DNA of 63,665 nucleotides, filler included, from Hyphochytrium catenoides (taxonomy: Eukaryota > Protista > Hyphochytriomycota), in the NCBI GenBank assembly GCA_900088475.1. It is 10 parts of 10 records of this genome, joined end to end, with 100 filler letters (N's around TTAATTAATTAA, not from the genome) between each part and the next. Parts side by side here need not be neighbours in the genome. Positions count along the whole stretch, not along the records: positions 3,357 to 34,317 come from FLMG01000409.1; 9 more parts are not named here. The stretch is one strand, 5' to 3'. This document shows, in pieces, positions 11,010 through 20,471 of this stretch. The notes below the pieces were generated by a model that saw only the letters and a program-made list of their open reading frames with translations, made no database searches and was not told the origin of the DNA. Positions within the stretch are counted from its first letter, which is position 1. Each line of letters starts with the position of its first letter. Both the position numbers and the translations under genes were made by a program.

Positions 11010-14000
11010 ATGTCATCAACCACAAAGGAAACGATGTCTTCAACCACCAAAGAAAGCTCGAGCGATCCTTCCTCTCACTCCTCCTCCTCTTCCCTCCAAA
11101 AGCAAGCAGCCACAACGAGCATCGTGCGCTTAATCGTAATTTCGCTTGTTATGCTCTGGATCATTCTCTCTCCCCTGCGATCCGTCTACTTCTTCACTGG
11201 AGACTCGACGCTGTTACAAGCACGTCACGTCATTTATTACCCTTCCAGAAACGCGTCCACAGGTGGCGTCATCCTCGGGTCGACGGGTAGAGCAACAACA
11301 GCAGACGGAGTCGAAGAAGCCGATGATAAGCTTCGATGTCTTCCAACAGACGGGACACTCAACGATGTTCGTGTCATTGTATATGATCGTGGCTGTCTTC
11401 CCGTGGTGAAGACGCTCTACTCTTACTGTGGAGACATGTCGATTACGGCCTCTACCAGCTGCTACTTTCTCTACGATAAGGGAGTGTTCGACGTTCCGCG
11501 CAGCAAGCTTGAAGAGGAGGGAGGAGACATTAATAGAGATGTAATAGATGACTCGGTACCCGTGATCACGACGTTCGAGACGGTGACTGCACTCTACTCC
11601 ATCTTCATGCAGACATTCCTGCGGTCGTCGTGCTCGTCTGATGAAGAAGGTGGCCTTTGCCCTCCATCACTGCTTAATACGGAATGCCAGGCGATCGCAG
11701 CGAACGCTCGGGTACAGTTACGCGAGACCATCTCGTTGGCAAGAGAGTTAGCCAACGAGGGGTATCCTCACTATCGGCGATCAGCGGCACTCGAAGCCTT
11801 CGACCGAACTGACTACACATTGATGTTCCCCTTGATGAGCAACTGGCTCTGTCGCGACGACGTTTGCTTTAGCAATGGGGCAAACAATTCCTTTGTTATG
11901 AGTCTGGCAGCAACGACGACGCTGACGACAGGCATTCCCGATGTCGAGAAGGTGGCTGAGGCGTTCTGCAGTGAGAACACGGACTACTTCCCGCCCGATG
12001 TATGTACAGCGCCTCTTGAGGTTGGGACGAACTTCTCCTTCGCCGTAACAAAGTTCAGTGCAAAAGGATTCCTCGATATGCATGATTGCCTTGTCAACGG
12101 AGATCTGCAACTTCTGGAGGAGCTCATGGCAGCCAAGTCTTCAGATAGCAACACGTATCGAAGGATCCCCCGAGAGATTGCGATCTACATGCAATGTCCA
12201 CTCCTCCGAGCGGCGATGCTGGATGACCTGGAATATTTTACGCCAATTTCGGCGCAGCTCGACCTCACAGTCAAGCAACTGTCGACGTCAAAAATTGGAT
12301 CTCTCGCTGAAGATACCGTCACGATCCAGTACTCTCAAGTTGGCCTGTCCGCAGCATCCAAGGTGAAGGCAAAGAAGATCCAGACAGGATCAATGAAGGC
12401 TGGGAGAGAAGGAGATATTTACTTTCTTCTACAATTATGCTTCTTTCTACCACCTTTCGATGACCTCTATCTCCATGACACAAGCATCCCCAGGCCGGAC
12501 TCTAGCTATTTCTGGCCTCCAGAGATGATCCCGGCGATCCAGAACTGCTTACAGAGGCGCTGGAAAGATGCCAACACCTTCTACTTTGCTTCGAAAGTCA
12601 AGGCATACGAGCAAGTGACACTTCATGGACGTGAAAATAGCACGTCACCAAAGAAGAAAGCCGTCATTCTCCTTCTTGATCCTCAAGCAGCAGCGGTGGT
12701 ACGTCAACAGCTCACTTCTGAAGAGCTCGAGACAGGCGCAGGAGGACAAGAGAAGCAGGTTGCGGAGACAAGCACCTACACCAAGCGTTTCTCCTTTATG
12801 CGATGGCTTACGAGGACAGGGACACCGGCGACGGGGCCAGAGGCGGATATGATTGTCGACAGCTTTATGGCAGTCATGGCCAATATCTCGGGGTGGGAAG
12901 CCAATGGAGCCGTTAATTGGGATCAAAGTACCTTCCCTTACCTTTTGACATTGAACTCCAGCTGGAGGCACTTGAACATCAGCTCTCGTTTTTCTACAGG
13001 TAACAATACCATACTACATCTCTCCTCCTGCAACCGTGGGGACTGCGCAGGATACGACACGACGGTGCAGCGAATTCTTGATGGAAGCTTTGTTGGCTTT
13101 GCGCAGGAGGAAGGAAATGTCTTCTTCCGCCCGCCGACCTCTAGCGATCTCTCCCGCTGGGACAACTTCTGGAAGGATCCGACCCGCAAAAAGAACACGT
13201 TCCTCATCCTTCAGGTCGGAATCAACGCTTGTGATCTTATTGACCAAGACTCGCGATACTATTTCATCCGACCCGTCGGGGTCCCGGGTGGCTTCACCTA
13301 CGAAGCTCAAGCTGTTGCAAACTCAGATCTCTTTGGAACGAAGCAGCAATACCAGCAAGCCTGCTTTCTCCAGCGATATCTGACGATCACTAAAGTCAAT
13401 GTGTCCGGTATGGGCATTAGTGGCAGTTGTCAATATCGGCACATGCAAGGGGCTTTTCTTGATCCCTTTGAATGCGCCGATGTCGCAGGGGCAGGACCAC
13501 CAGAAGGGACCATCCGACGGATCAACGTTTTCGCCAATTCCTTCGGTTCGTCAGTGATTCCTCTCGAAAGCAACGTCGTGGCATCGACTGTGCTCACGGT
13601 TTCGAACGGCCTCCGATCGTACGACAATGGTGTCATCTACGTTGCGCTGATCATGGGGCTCATCTATGTCTTCCGTATCACGAGGGATATCACAAAGCGA
13701 ATCAGAATCGTTGCACGAATCCTTTCGGCTATGGAAACGTCTGGGGATAGACTGCACAGCATACTCTACTTCAATGAGTTCCTACTTGAGTTTATCGACT
13801 GCACGGAGCGAGAAATGGCGAAGATGGGAACGATTGAGAAGCTCATTGTCACCGTTCCGTCGATGGTCGTCCTTGCGCGCGCCATTCGTCCGATCTCGTT
13901 GCTTAACGATGGTATGATTGTGGGCGATGACTACTTCATTCTTTCAACGGATGTCATTCTGGCGAATATCTCCCTCAGTGATGCGCTCATCCTAATCATG

Positions 14001-14861
14001 TCCAGCATGACGATAGGAGGTGTTCTGACTGCGAACCGCTTCATGCGAGGGATCTCCGCGACAACACGCGTGCTTCGTTGGACAAAAGCCACCTTTCGCG
14101 CACTCCTCTTGGTTTTATCCTCATCTGGGCTCTGTGTGTTGGCCGACAGGCTTCCAGAGGTGATTAGAGCGAAGATTGAAGTTGGACTTGCAGCAGTTTG
14201 TTTGTCGGTGTGCACATCTCTCGTCCTTACTACCTTGCAAGATCAGGAGAGTGTCCTCGTCACGATACCCTGTCCGATGGCCAACAGCGGGGGACAAATC
14301 CTTCAGATCCTCGGCTTCGGTTCCCAGGTTACGTTGTCCCCGTCTCTTCTCCTCGTAACGCAGGAAGATGAGGAAAAAGTTAAGAGCAAAAGCGTGGACG
14401 AAGAAGAAAATCCCGAGGAGAAGAAAACGAGGAGCATCAGAAGAAAGGAGAGCTACCTGCTGAACGTCTACTGGGTGGTCAACCACATTCTCACCTTATG
14501 CGAACTAAACGGAGGAACGAGACTTTCCAGTAACGCCGCTCCTACTCTAGGTTCCAAGACCTCGTCCTTCGGAGTCCTCATCTATGCACCAGGGCAGCTC
14601 AGAGTGAAGATGATGAATCGTCGTCCCGAAGGAGTTCGCTTGGGCATCCTCCCTTCTGGGACAGCTCTCTATTTTGATTCTTACCGCTTATCAGAACTAG
14701 CAGTCATGGACAGTTCTGAACCGAAGACGGCTGTTGTTGCCGGCGTGCGCCACGCTCAGCAATCCTCTGACACATCAACACCAGAGGATAAAAAAGCAGC
14801 CGATCATCATCATCGCAAGACTCTTTCTCGAAAAGCCATTCTACAAGGATTCATCGGTTAG
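11010..14861 (+). CDS. Intronless 1283-aa membrane protein of unknown function (N-terminal TM, large Cys-containing ectodomain, ~5 C-terminal TMs)
   Basis: Uninterrupted 3.85 kb ORF. It has a hydrophobic segment IVRLIVISLVMLWIIL near the N-terminus, several N-x-S/T sites and a cluster of hydrophobic helices after about residue 870. Confidence 0.85.
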   Translation: MSSTTKETMSSTTKESSSDPSSHSSSSSLQKQAATTSIVRLIVISLVMLWIILSPLRSVYFFTGDSTLLQARHVIYYPSRNASTGGVILGSTGRATTADGVEEADDKLRCLPTDGTLNDVRVIVYDRGCLPVVKTLYSYCGDMSITASTSCYFLYDKGVFDVPRSKLEEEGGDINRDVIDDSVPVITTFETVTALYSIFMQTFLRSSCSSDEEGGLCPPSLLNTECQAIAANARVQLRETISLARELANEGYPHYRRSAALEAFDRTDYTLMFPLMSNWLCRDDVCFSNGANNSFVMSLAATTTLTTGIPDVEKVAEAFCSENTDYFPPDVCTAPLEVGTNFSFAVTKFSAKGFLDMHDCLVNGDLQLLEELMAAKSSDSNTYRRIPREIAIYMQCPLLRAAMLDDLEYFTPISAQLDLTVKQLSTSKIGSLAEDTVTIQYSQVGLSAASKVKAKKIQTGSMKAGREGDIYFLLQLCFFLPPFDDLYLHDTSIPRPDSSYFWPPEMIPAIQNCLQRRWKDANTFYFASKVKAYEQVTLHGRENSTSPKKKAVILLLDPQAAAVVRQQLTSEELETGAGGQEKQVAETSTYTKRFSFMRWLTRTGTPATGPEADMIVDSFMAVMANISGWEANGAVNWDQSTFPYLLTLNSSWRHLNISSRFSTGNNTILHLSSCNRGDCAGYDTTVQRILDGSFVGFAQEEGNVFFRPPTSSDLSRWDNFWKDPTRKKNTFLILQVGINACDLIDQDSRYYFIRPVGVPGGFTYEAQAVANSDLFGTKQQYQQACFLQRYLTITKVNVSGMGISGSCQYRHMQGAFLDPFECADVAGAGPPEGTIRRINVFANSFGSSVIPLESNVVASTVLTVSNGLRSYDNGVIYVALIMGLIYVFRITRDITKRIRIVARILSAMETSGDRLHSILYFNEFLLEFIDCTEREMAKMGTIEKLIVTVPSMVVLARAIRPISLLNDGMIVGDDYFILSTDVILANISLSDALILIMSSMTIGGVLTANRFMRGISATTRVLRWTKATFRALLLVLSSSGLCVLADRLPEVIRAKIEVGLAAVCLSVCTSLVLTTLQDQESVLVTIPCPMANSGGQILQILGFGSQVTLSPSLLLVTQEDEEKVKSKSVDEEENPEEKKTRSIRRKESYLLNVYWVVNHILTLCELNGGTRLSSNAAPTLGSKTSSFGVLIYAPGQLRVKMMNRRPEGVRLGILPSGTALYFDSYRLSELAVMDSSEPKTAVVAGVRHAQQSSDTSTPEDKKAADHHHRKTLSRKAILQGFIG

Positions 14862-14939
14862 TACTGCGAGGAGCAGCGCCGCCTTCGCTTCTTATGTTTA
14901 AAGCGAGTTAGTTCTTCTTCCCTGGCTACGATGTAGTAG

Positions 14940-15760
14940 AACAGAACTCTTGCAAGCGGCCGCAGCAAATGCAGAAGTTGATATTATGCAGGCATAGCTC
15001 TACAGGGACTAAGCTTCATAATCTTGCTCTCCGTCTCCCTCCTTAGTGAAGCGGTCTGCTGTGCCACGGATCGGATTGCAGGCATACGGTGAAGACTACT
15101 AGCTGATTGAGGAAGTAGTATCAAAACAGGCACATGCTCTTCCTCCTTAGAGTTTGTAGACTGAGCTGGCAAAGGCAACAGTCAGGTCTACAAAGGGATT
15201 ATATCCGCAGAGGGTTAGGTTTTCCTGCTGGCTGTATGAGGATGGCGCTGACACGTCACCAATCAGCTGTCCAGGATCAGCGCAGCCTCACAGCGCGACG
15301 AGCGGTGGACACTAACGGTGAGCAATCGCACCGCACCAGCTCTTCTTTCAGCAAAGATGTCCTTAACAGGATAATCGAAAGCCGGCAGGTGCCCGCACAT
15401 GTACAGGCCTGAAGAACAGAAGTTCCCATTGGTGACAGAGCAGATGAAATTTAATTTTCAAAAGTTTGCTGGCCTCTATATATTATTAACCAAGAAAGAA
15501 AAGTCTAAAACAACCCTTGCCTTCTTTCCGGAGAGGACTGACGGCGCCCCCAAACAACGCTATGCGAAGGAGATTGTCCGCTATTAAGGCGACGTCCTCC
15601 CGGATGTTTACCGCGTCCTACGGCCTACGAAGATGGAATTACCGCCTCTAGAGCCTGGCGATCCTGAGCTCATTGACTATATCAATAAGGGCGAGATTGA
15701 GAAGGCACTGGGTGGGACGACGTGCCGCGGGTCTGTATAGGCTCGCCACGGAATAATCAT
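14940..15760 (+). pseudogene. Decayed coding-like sequence, probable 5' extension of the right element copy
   Basis: Coding-like frames with scattered stops (e.g. ...YAKEIVRY*GDVLPDVYRVLRPTKMELPPLEPGDPELIDYINKGEIEK) run into ORF-A. This stretch is absent from the left arm. Confidence 0.4.
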
Positions 15761-15777
15761 CTGATGGCCGCGTCCGG

Positions 15778-16368
15778 GTGAAGCAGCTTCCCGAAGCGGC
15801 CAAGACCAACCCTGAGGTCATTCAGCTTTTGCAGCGAGCGGAAGTAGACGGCGCCCGTCTCTTTGACACGGCATATGACCGCTACCAGGACCGACAGAAT
15901 AGGCCGCGAAAGCAACCAACCGGCGCGCAGGTACTCCAGCGCAAGCAGAGGTCCTCCTCCATTATGAGAGAGTCTGCCAAGATGATGCAAGGTTGTCTCT
16001 TCCGGAAGAAGAAGGTGAGCCCAGATGATTTTAAGTCTTGCCTCATGGATTATGATAACCCTCAGGCCAAATATGAAAGGCACTCACTTCTTCCCAAGCA
16101 AGCACTCCGAGAGATGCAATATGTTAAAGAACTTGAGCAGGGGCACGGGAGTCGAGTCTCCATGGCAAAGCCAGCCAACAATATCCGTCACCTCCCAATT
16201 CTATTGCGGGATTATTTGAACGCTGACATCAACGACTATATGGCACATGAAAAGGAGTTAGGTGCACTGAAGCGCTATCTTCAGTCAGTAAGGCAGAACT
16301 ACGAACGTGAAAGTGGCCGCAGCCTCAAGAGAAGACTCAGCTCTTCTACAGCAATAACCGAGCTGTAG
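15778..16368 (+). pseudogene. Unknown ORF fragment upstream of integrase (ORF-A, right copy)
   Basis: 196-aa ORF, paralog of 5226-5813, with the same stop (AITEL*). Confidence 0.6.
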
Positions 16369-16399
16369 GCGTGCAGCGGAGCAAAGCATGGATAACGCT

Positions 16400-17797
16400 A
16401 TTCTTTTTTGTGGCTCCGACAGCGAGAAAGCTCCAAATCCTTATTCAACCACCAACACAGAAAGCCAAGCGACAGCATGGCTCGTGGCGAACAGCATGAC
16501 GTATACCCACCCATAAGTGATCAACAACGACGAGCGATAATTGGCTCTCTTTTCTATGAGCAAATGCAGTGGGTGCAGTTTCTGCGTGAGTGAAGCATCA
16601 CAGTGCCCTAACCCACACATACCTCAAAATCTATGAAGAGAACCACTACGGTTGCTTCCTTTATCTACGTGGTTGATATACCATGGATCAGCGCAGACTG
16701 CCTCGTTTGCCGTCAGGCCATAAGAAGAGGTCCGTCACAGCAGTAGTAAATGGCCCTCTAAAGAAGAAGTTCCAAATGGACCTGACCCTCATCCCCATAA
16801 AGTACTATGACACCCCTAAGAGGCGTATGTAGAGCCTTTGAGAGAGGCGCGGAGGATACCAAGATGATGGCAGGCAGCATCATTCCCGCGCCTCGAGGAC
16901 AACGCCTGTATCACTTATTCAACGCAATCGATGCCTTCAGCCGCCGCTTTGCTCTCAGGTACGTCGTCGTCGATGCGAAAGAAGCCGTCCTTATTTATAG
17001 CATCACTTCTAGATCATATTTTATTAGGTCAAGTCATTAAGATCCCTGAAGAGACGGTGGAGTACTTTATTATGACCTCCGGGGAACGCTTTGAAGTCAG
17101 TCGTCGCGCATTTATGGAGGACTACCGAAATGTGTTTTCGCATGGAAGGTTCCTGTACCTACGAATGTCACCTGCGATGTTTCTTTCAGACAATGGAGGA
17201 GGAGGAGAATTCAGCAATGAATATTATGTAGAAAGAGTCTGCCACCGACATAGCGTTAGCCAGCAACGTAGCTTCAGCTTCCGCTCTCTTCTGGGTAAGC
17301 TTCTGGGTATCATTGATGAGCGCTTCAACGGCACAATCAAAAGGAAATGATGGAGAAGGTCGGTTGGGACATAACAAAGCTTCACAATGTGCTACACGAC
17401 TACACTTCAACCATCCCCTCTACCATCAGGTAAGTACGCACCATGGAGGTACACTTTGCCGCCTTATGGGGTGAGAAGGGCCGATTTATCATTCAAGAAG
17501 TCTATCATACCTTGCAGCATATTAACCGCAAAAGTAATAATAACCCGCCGTCCCCATTGAAGTAAGTGTTCCCCGTTGGCAGCACTCGAGTCCAGGTCGG
17601 AGAATGCCTATATAGAGTAAAGATAGTAGAACGTACTCTTAGACGACTACGTTGTTGGAGGTCACCCCATCATAAGATACGTTCTCGCAGACGAAAGAGG
17701 ATCCGTCATCAAGGAGCGCAAGTCGTCAGGAGAGTGGGTGCCAATCACATTCTACACACACGAGCTGCTGACTCGTCCAACAGGCATTCACGTGTAA
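16400..17797 (+). pseudogene. DDE (rve) integrase pseudogene, Polinton/c-integrase-like
   Basis: Contains KFQMDL, IDAFSRRFA, SDNGGGGEF, IIDERFNGTIKRK and a C-terminal IRYVLADERGSVI...FYTHELL resembling the Polinton integrase YxLxDxxG...FYxxEL motif. Multiple frameshifts and stops. Confidence 0.88.
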
Positions 17798-18459
17798 GAC
17801 TAACAATAGAGATTCGAAGGCAAACAGTTACGAGTACTACTACCCTACTCAAGAGAGTAGATTATATAGCTTAGAATAATGCTTGAGAGTGTTACTGTAC
17901 TTGAAGGCTGAGAGCGCCCAACCACTGAACGACAGAAGAAAAGCGTTGAATGAGTACCTACCGTTAGATGACGAAACAGTACCAATCCCTCAAGCTACGC
18001 AACCCGAGACTCAAACCCGAATAACACACTGAAAGAGACCACAATCATAATTCGCAAACTTCCAAGACAAGCCTATCTCTTCCTAATAAATCATCATAAA
18101 CTAATATCAGAGTGAAATTCACCTTTACAAGGACCCAATGGTGAAAAATGAATGTGAACAATGGAATTATACACTTTAGCTAACTGTAAAATTCACTCTT
18201 GAAGCGTACGCTCTCAGTAGATGTCATCGCTTTTCTTACCCTGAGCGTCCGACCGACAAAACTGCACATTGTGCTCATCCTCTTCCCAGTACAGACAAGG
18301 AGGACCGGACTGTCTCATCTTCTCTTCTTCTCTTCGGTTGACAGCATCTCTTTTGAGATCTCTTTGAACTCTACAGCCCCAAACAAAGCAGGAAGAAGCC
18401 ATCAGTAAACTGCAGCGCTCAACATCAAAGAAACAGTGAGCACCTAGGGAAGAGAGAAG

Positions 18460-19282
18460 ATGGGCTGCACTAACTCGAAACAGGTCTGTCAGCAAGACGG
18501 GAGAGAAGAGCGCTGAGGTCTTCAGATTTTATGAAATAACCATTCTTGGGCTTGTAGGTTGATGAACCAAGTCGGACGCGACCTCCTGCAGCTACGCCGG
18601 CTAGGCCGGTGCCAGAGCCACAGCCTGTACCTGCTGGCGCCCCGTCTGTCACTAGTGTCGACCAGCAGCCTGCCAAACCAGCAGTGCCGGACGTGAAGGC
18701 AGAGCTGCAGAACAAGGCACTCAGCTTCTCTGTGGAGTATACGTTGGGGAAAAAGCTAGGTTCAGGAACCTTCTCCGTCGTGAGAGAGGCGGTGCATAAT
18801 GCAACTGGGCAGCGGTATGCAGTTAAATGTATTGAGAAGACGGGTCTTTCGGGAGAGGACATCGAAGCTCTCACTGCAGAGGTTGAGATTCTTAAGCAGG
18901 TGGGCAACCTCCTAAGCAGAGCTTGAGGAGATGGACATGTCTCTCTTCCCATCCCTTGTCCTCGCCGTGCTCTTCTCTCCAAATCTTCCACTGCTTCCTT
19001 TCTTCTGTCCTCTGCTCTCTTTCTCTCTCTCTTGGCTCTTTTGTTTTCTCTCGCTGATCTATTAATCTATCCTACTCATATCTGTCCCTTCGTCATCGCA
19101 TCTGCTACCTTGTTCTCTCTCTGTCGCCCTTCTATGACCCGCTACAGATGGATCATCCCAATATTATGATCCTTCACGACTTCTTCTCGGAGCCCAAGTA
19201 TTATTATCTGGTCACAGAGCTGATGGAGGGCGGTGAACTCTTTGATAGGATTGTAGAGAAAGTAAGGGACCCAACCTCTTCC

Positions 19283-19322
<40 letters not shown>

Positions 19323-20329
19323 CTCGCTCTCGCTCTCTCTCTCTCTGTGTCTGTGGTTACTGCAGTCTTACTCTTCCGTTCTTTCGTATATTTTGCGCGC
19401 TGTATACATTTCTCTCTGATATGTGATCAAAAGAACTAACGCAAAAGGGCTTTTCAGGAATGCTACTCTGAGAAAGAAGCTAGAGACCTCGTGAAGCTGC
19501 TGTTAGAGGCTATCAAATACTGTCATGATCGCGATGTCGTCCACCGGGACCTCAAGGTCAGTAAGATGGCTCTCACCGCGGAGCACAACCTAGTAGAGTA
19601 CGATTCCTCACTCTTTCGCTCTCTCACTCTGCTTTTTGCTTCTTCTCTTGTTCGCAGCCAGAGAATCTTCTCCTGACCAGCAAGCAAGATGACGCCTCGA
19701 TAAAGATTGCAGACTTTGGCTTTGCAAAGAAGATCGAGCTTGACAGCGAGAACTCTCTCAGAACTGCATGTGGCACTCCAGGTTACGTAGCACCAGAGAT
19801 CCTTGAGGGCAAAAAGTATGGCAGAGCTGTAGATATCTGGAGCATTGGCGTCATCACCTACATTCTTCTTTGTGGGTATCCTCCCTTTCACCATGAGAAT
19901 CATGGCACACTCTTCAAGCTTATAAAGAGGGGAAAGTACGAGTTTGACTCTCCTTATTGGGACAACATCTCCGCCGACGCCAAGGACCTGATCTCAAAGA
20001 TGCTAGTGACGGATCCAACAAAGCGCGCTACGGCGGAGGAGCTTCTCCAACATGTTTGGCTCAGCGGCAGTGACGTTGCGACGGTCCAGCTGACCAGCGC
20101 ACTAGAGGAGCTGAAGAGGTTCAACGCTAGACGGCGCTTCAGAGCCGCTGTTAACATGGTAACAGCCACTAATCGACTGAAGAACGCGCTAGGAGGGGTA
20201 GCAGAAAGTCCGGAAGTTAGTGCCATTGAGGGCAGCGGAACGCCAGGCGTAGTGGCAGATATGGCTGCTAAGGCAGTTCCGGAAACAGTAGCAGATCCGT
20301 CACCTGTCAGTCCCGAACAGCAGAAGTAG
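18460..20329 (+). CDS. Ca2+/calmodulin-dependent protein kinase (CaMK1-like); exons 18460-18483, 18558-18899, 19148-19261, 19458-19556, 19658-20329
   Basis: Motifs LGSGTFSVV, YAVKCI, HRDLK/PENLL, DFG, ACGTPGYVAPE and a CaM-binding tail LKRFNARRRFRAAV. All junctions are GT-AG and in frame. The N-terminus is MGCTNSK. Confidence 0.95.
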
Positions 20330-20471
20330 AAAGATAAAGTATATAAATAGCAGCCTTCATTTATACTTTGGTCTTCGTGAGGCAAAGGCACTAGCGCGTC
20401 GGGGCGGAAGGGGATGGGTGATGGGCCCAAAGGTCACGGTAAATAGTTAAAATAGCGAGAAGGAGGAAGCT

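Larger units (their letters stand above)
15763..18195 (+). mobile_element. Right arm: decayed Polinton/Maverick-type integrase segment
   Basis: Inverted homolog of 3357-5828, including a ~400 bp AT-rich tail (...tttagctaactgtaaaattca vs tggattttacagttagctaaa). Confidence 0.88.

Noticed and set aside
3357-18195. Complete autonomous Polinton or LTR retrotransposon
   Set aside because: No recognisable pPolB, packaging ATPase, protease, capsid, RT or RNase H. The repeats are inverted rather than direct and both integrases are disrupted.
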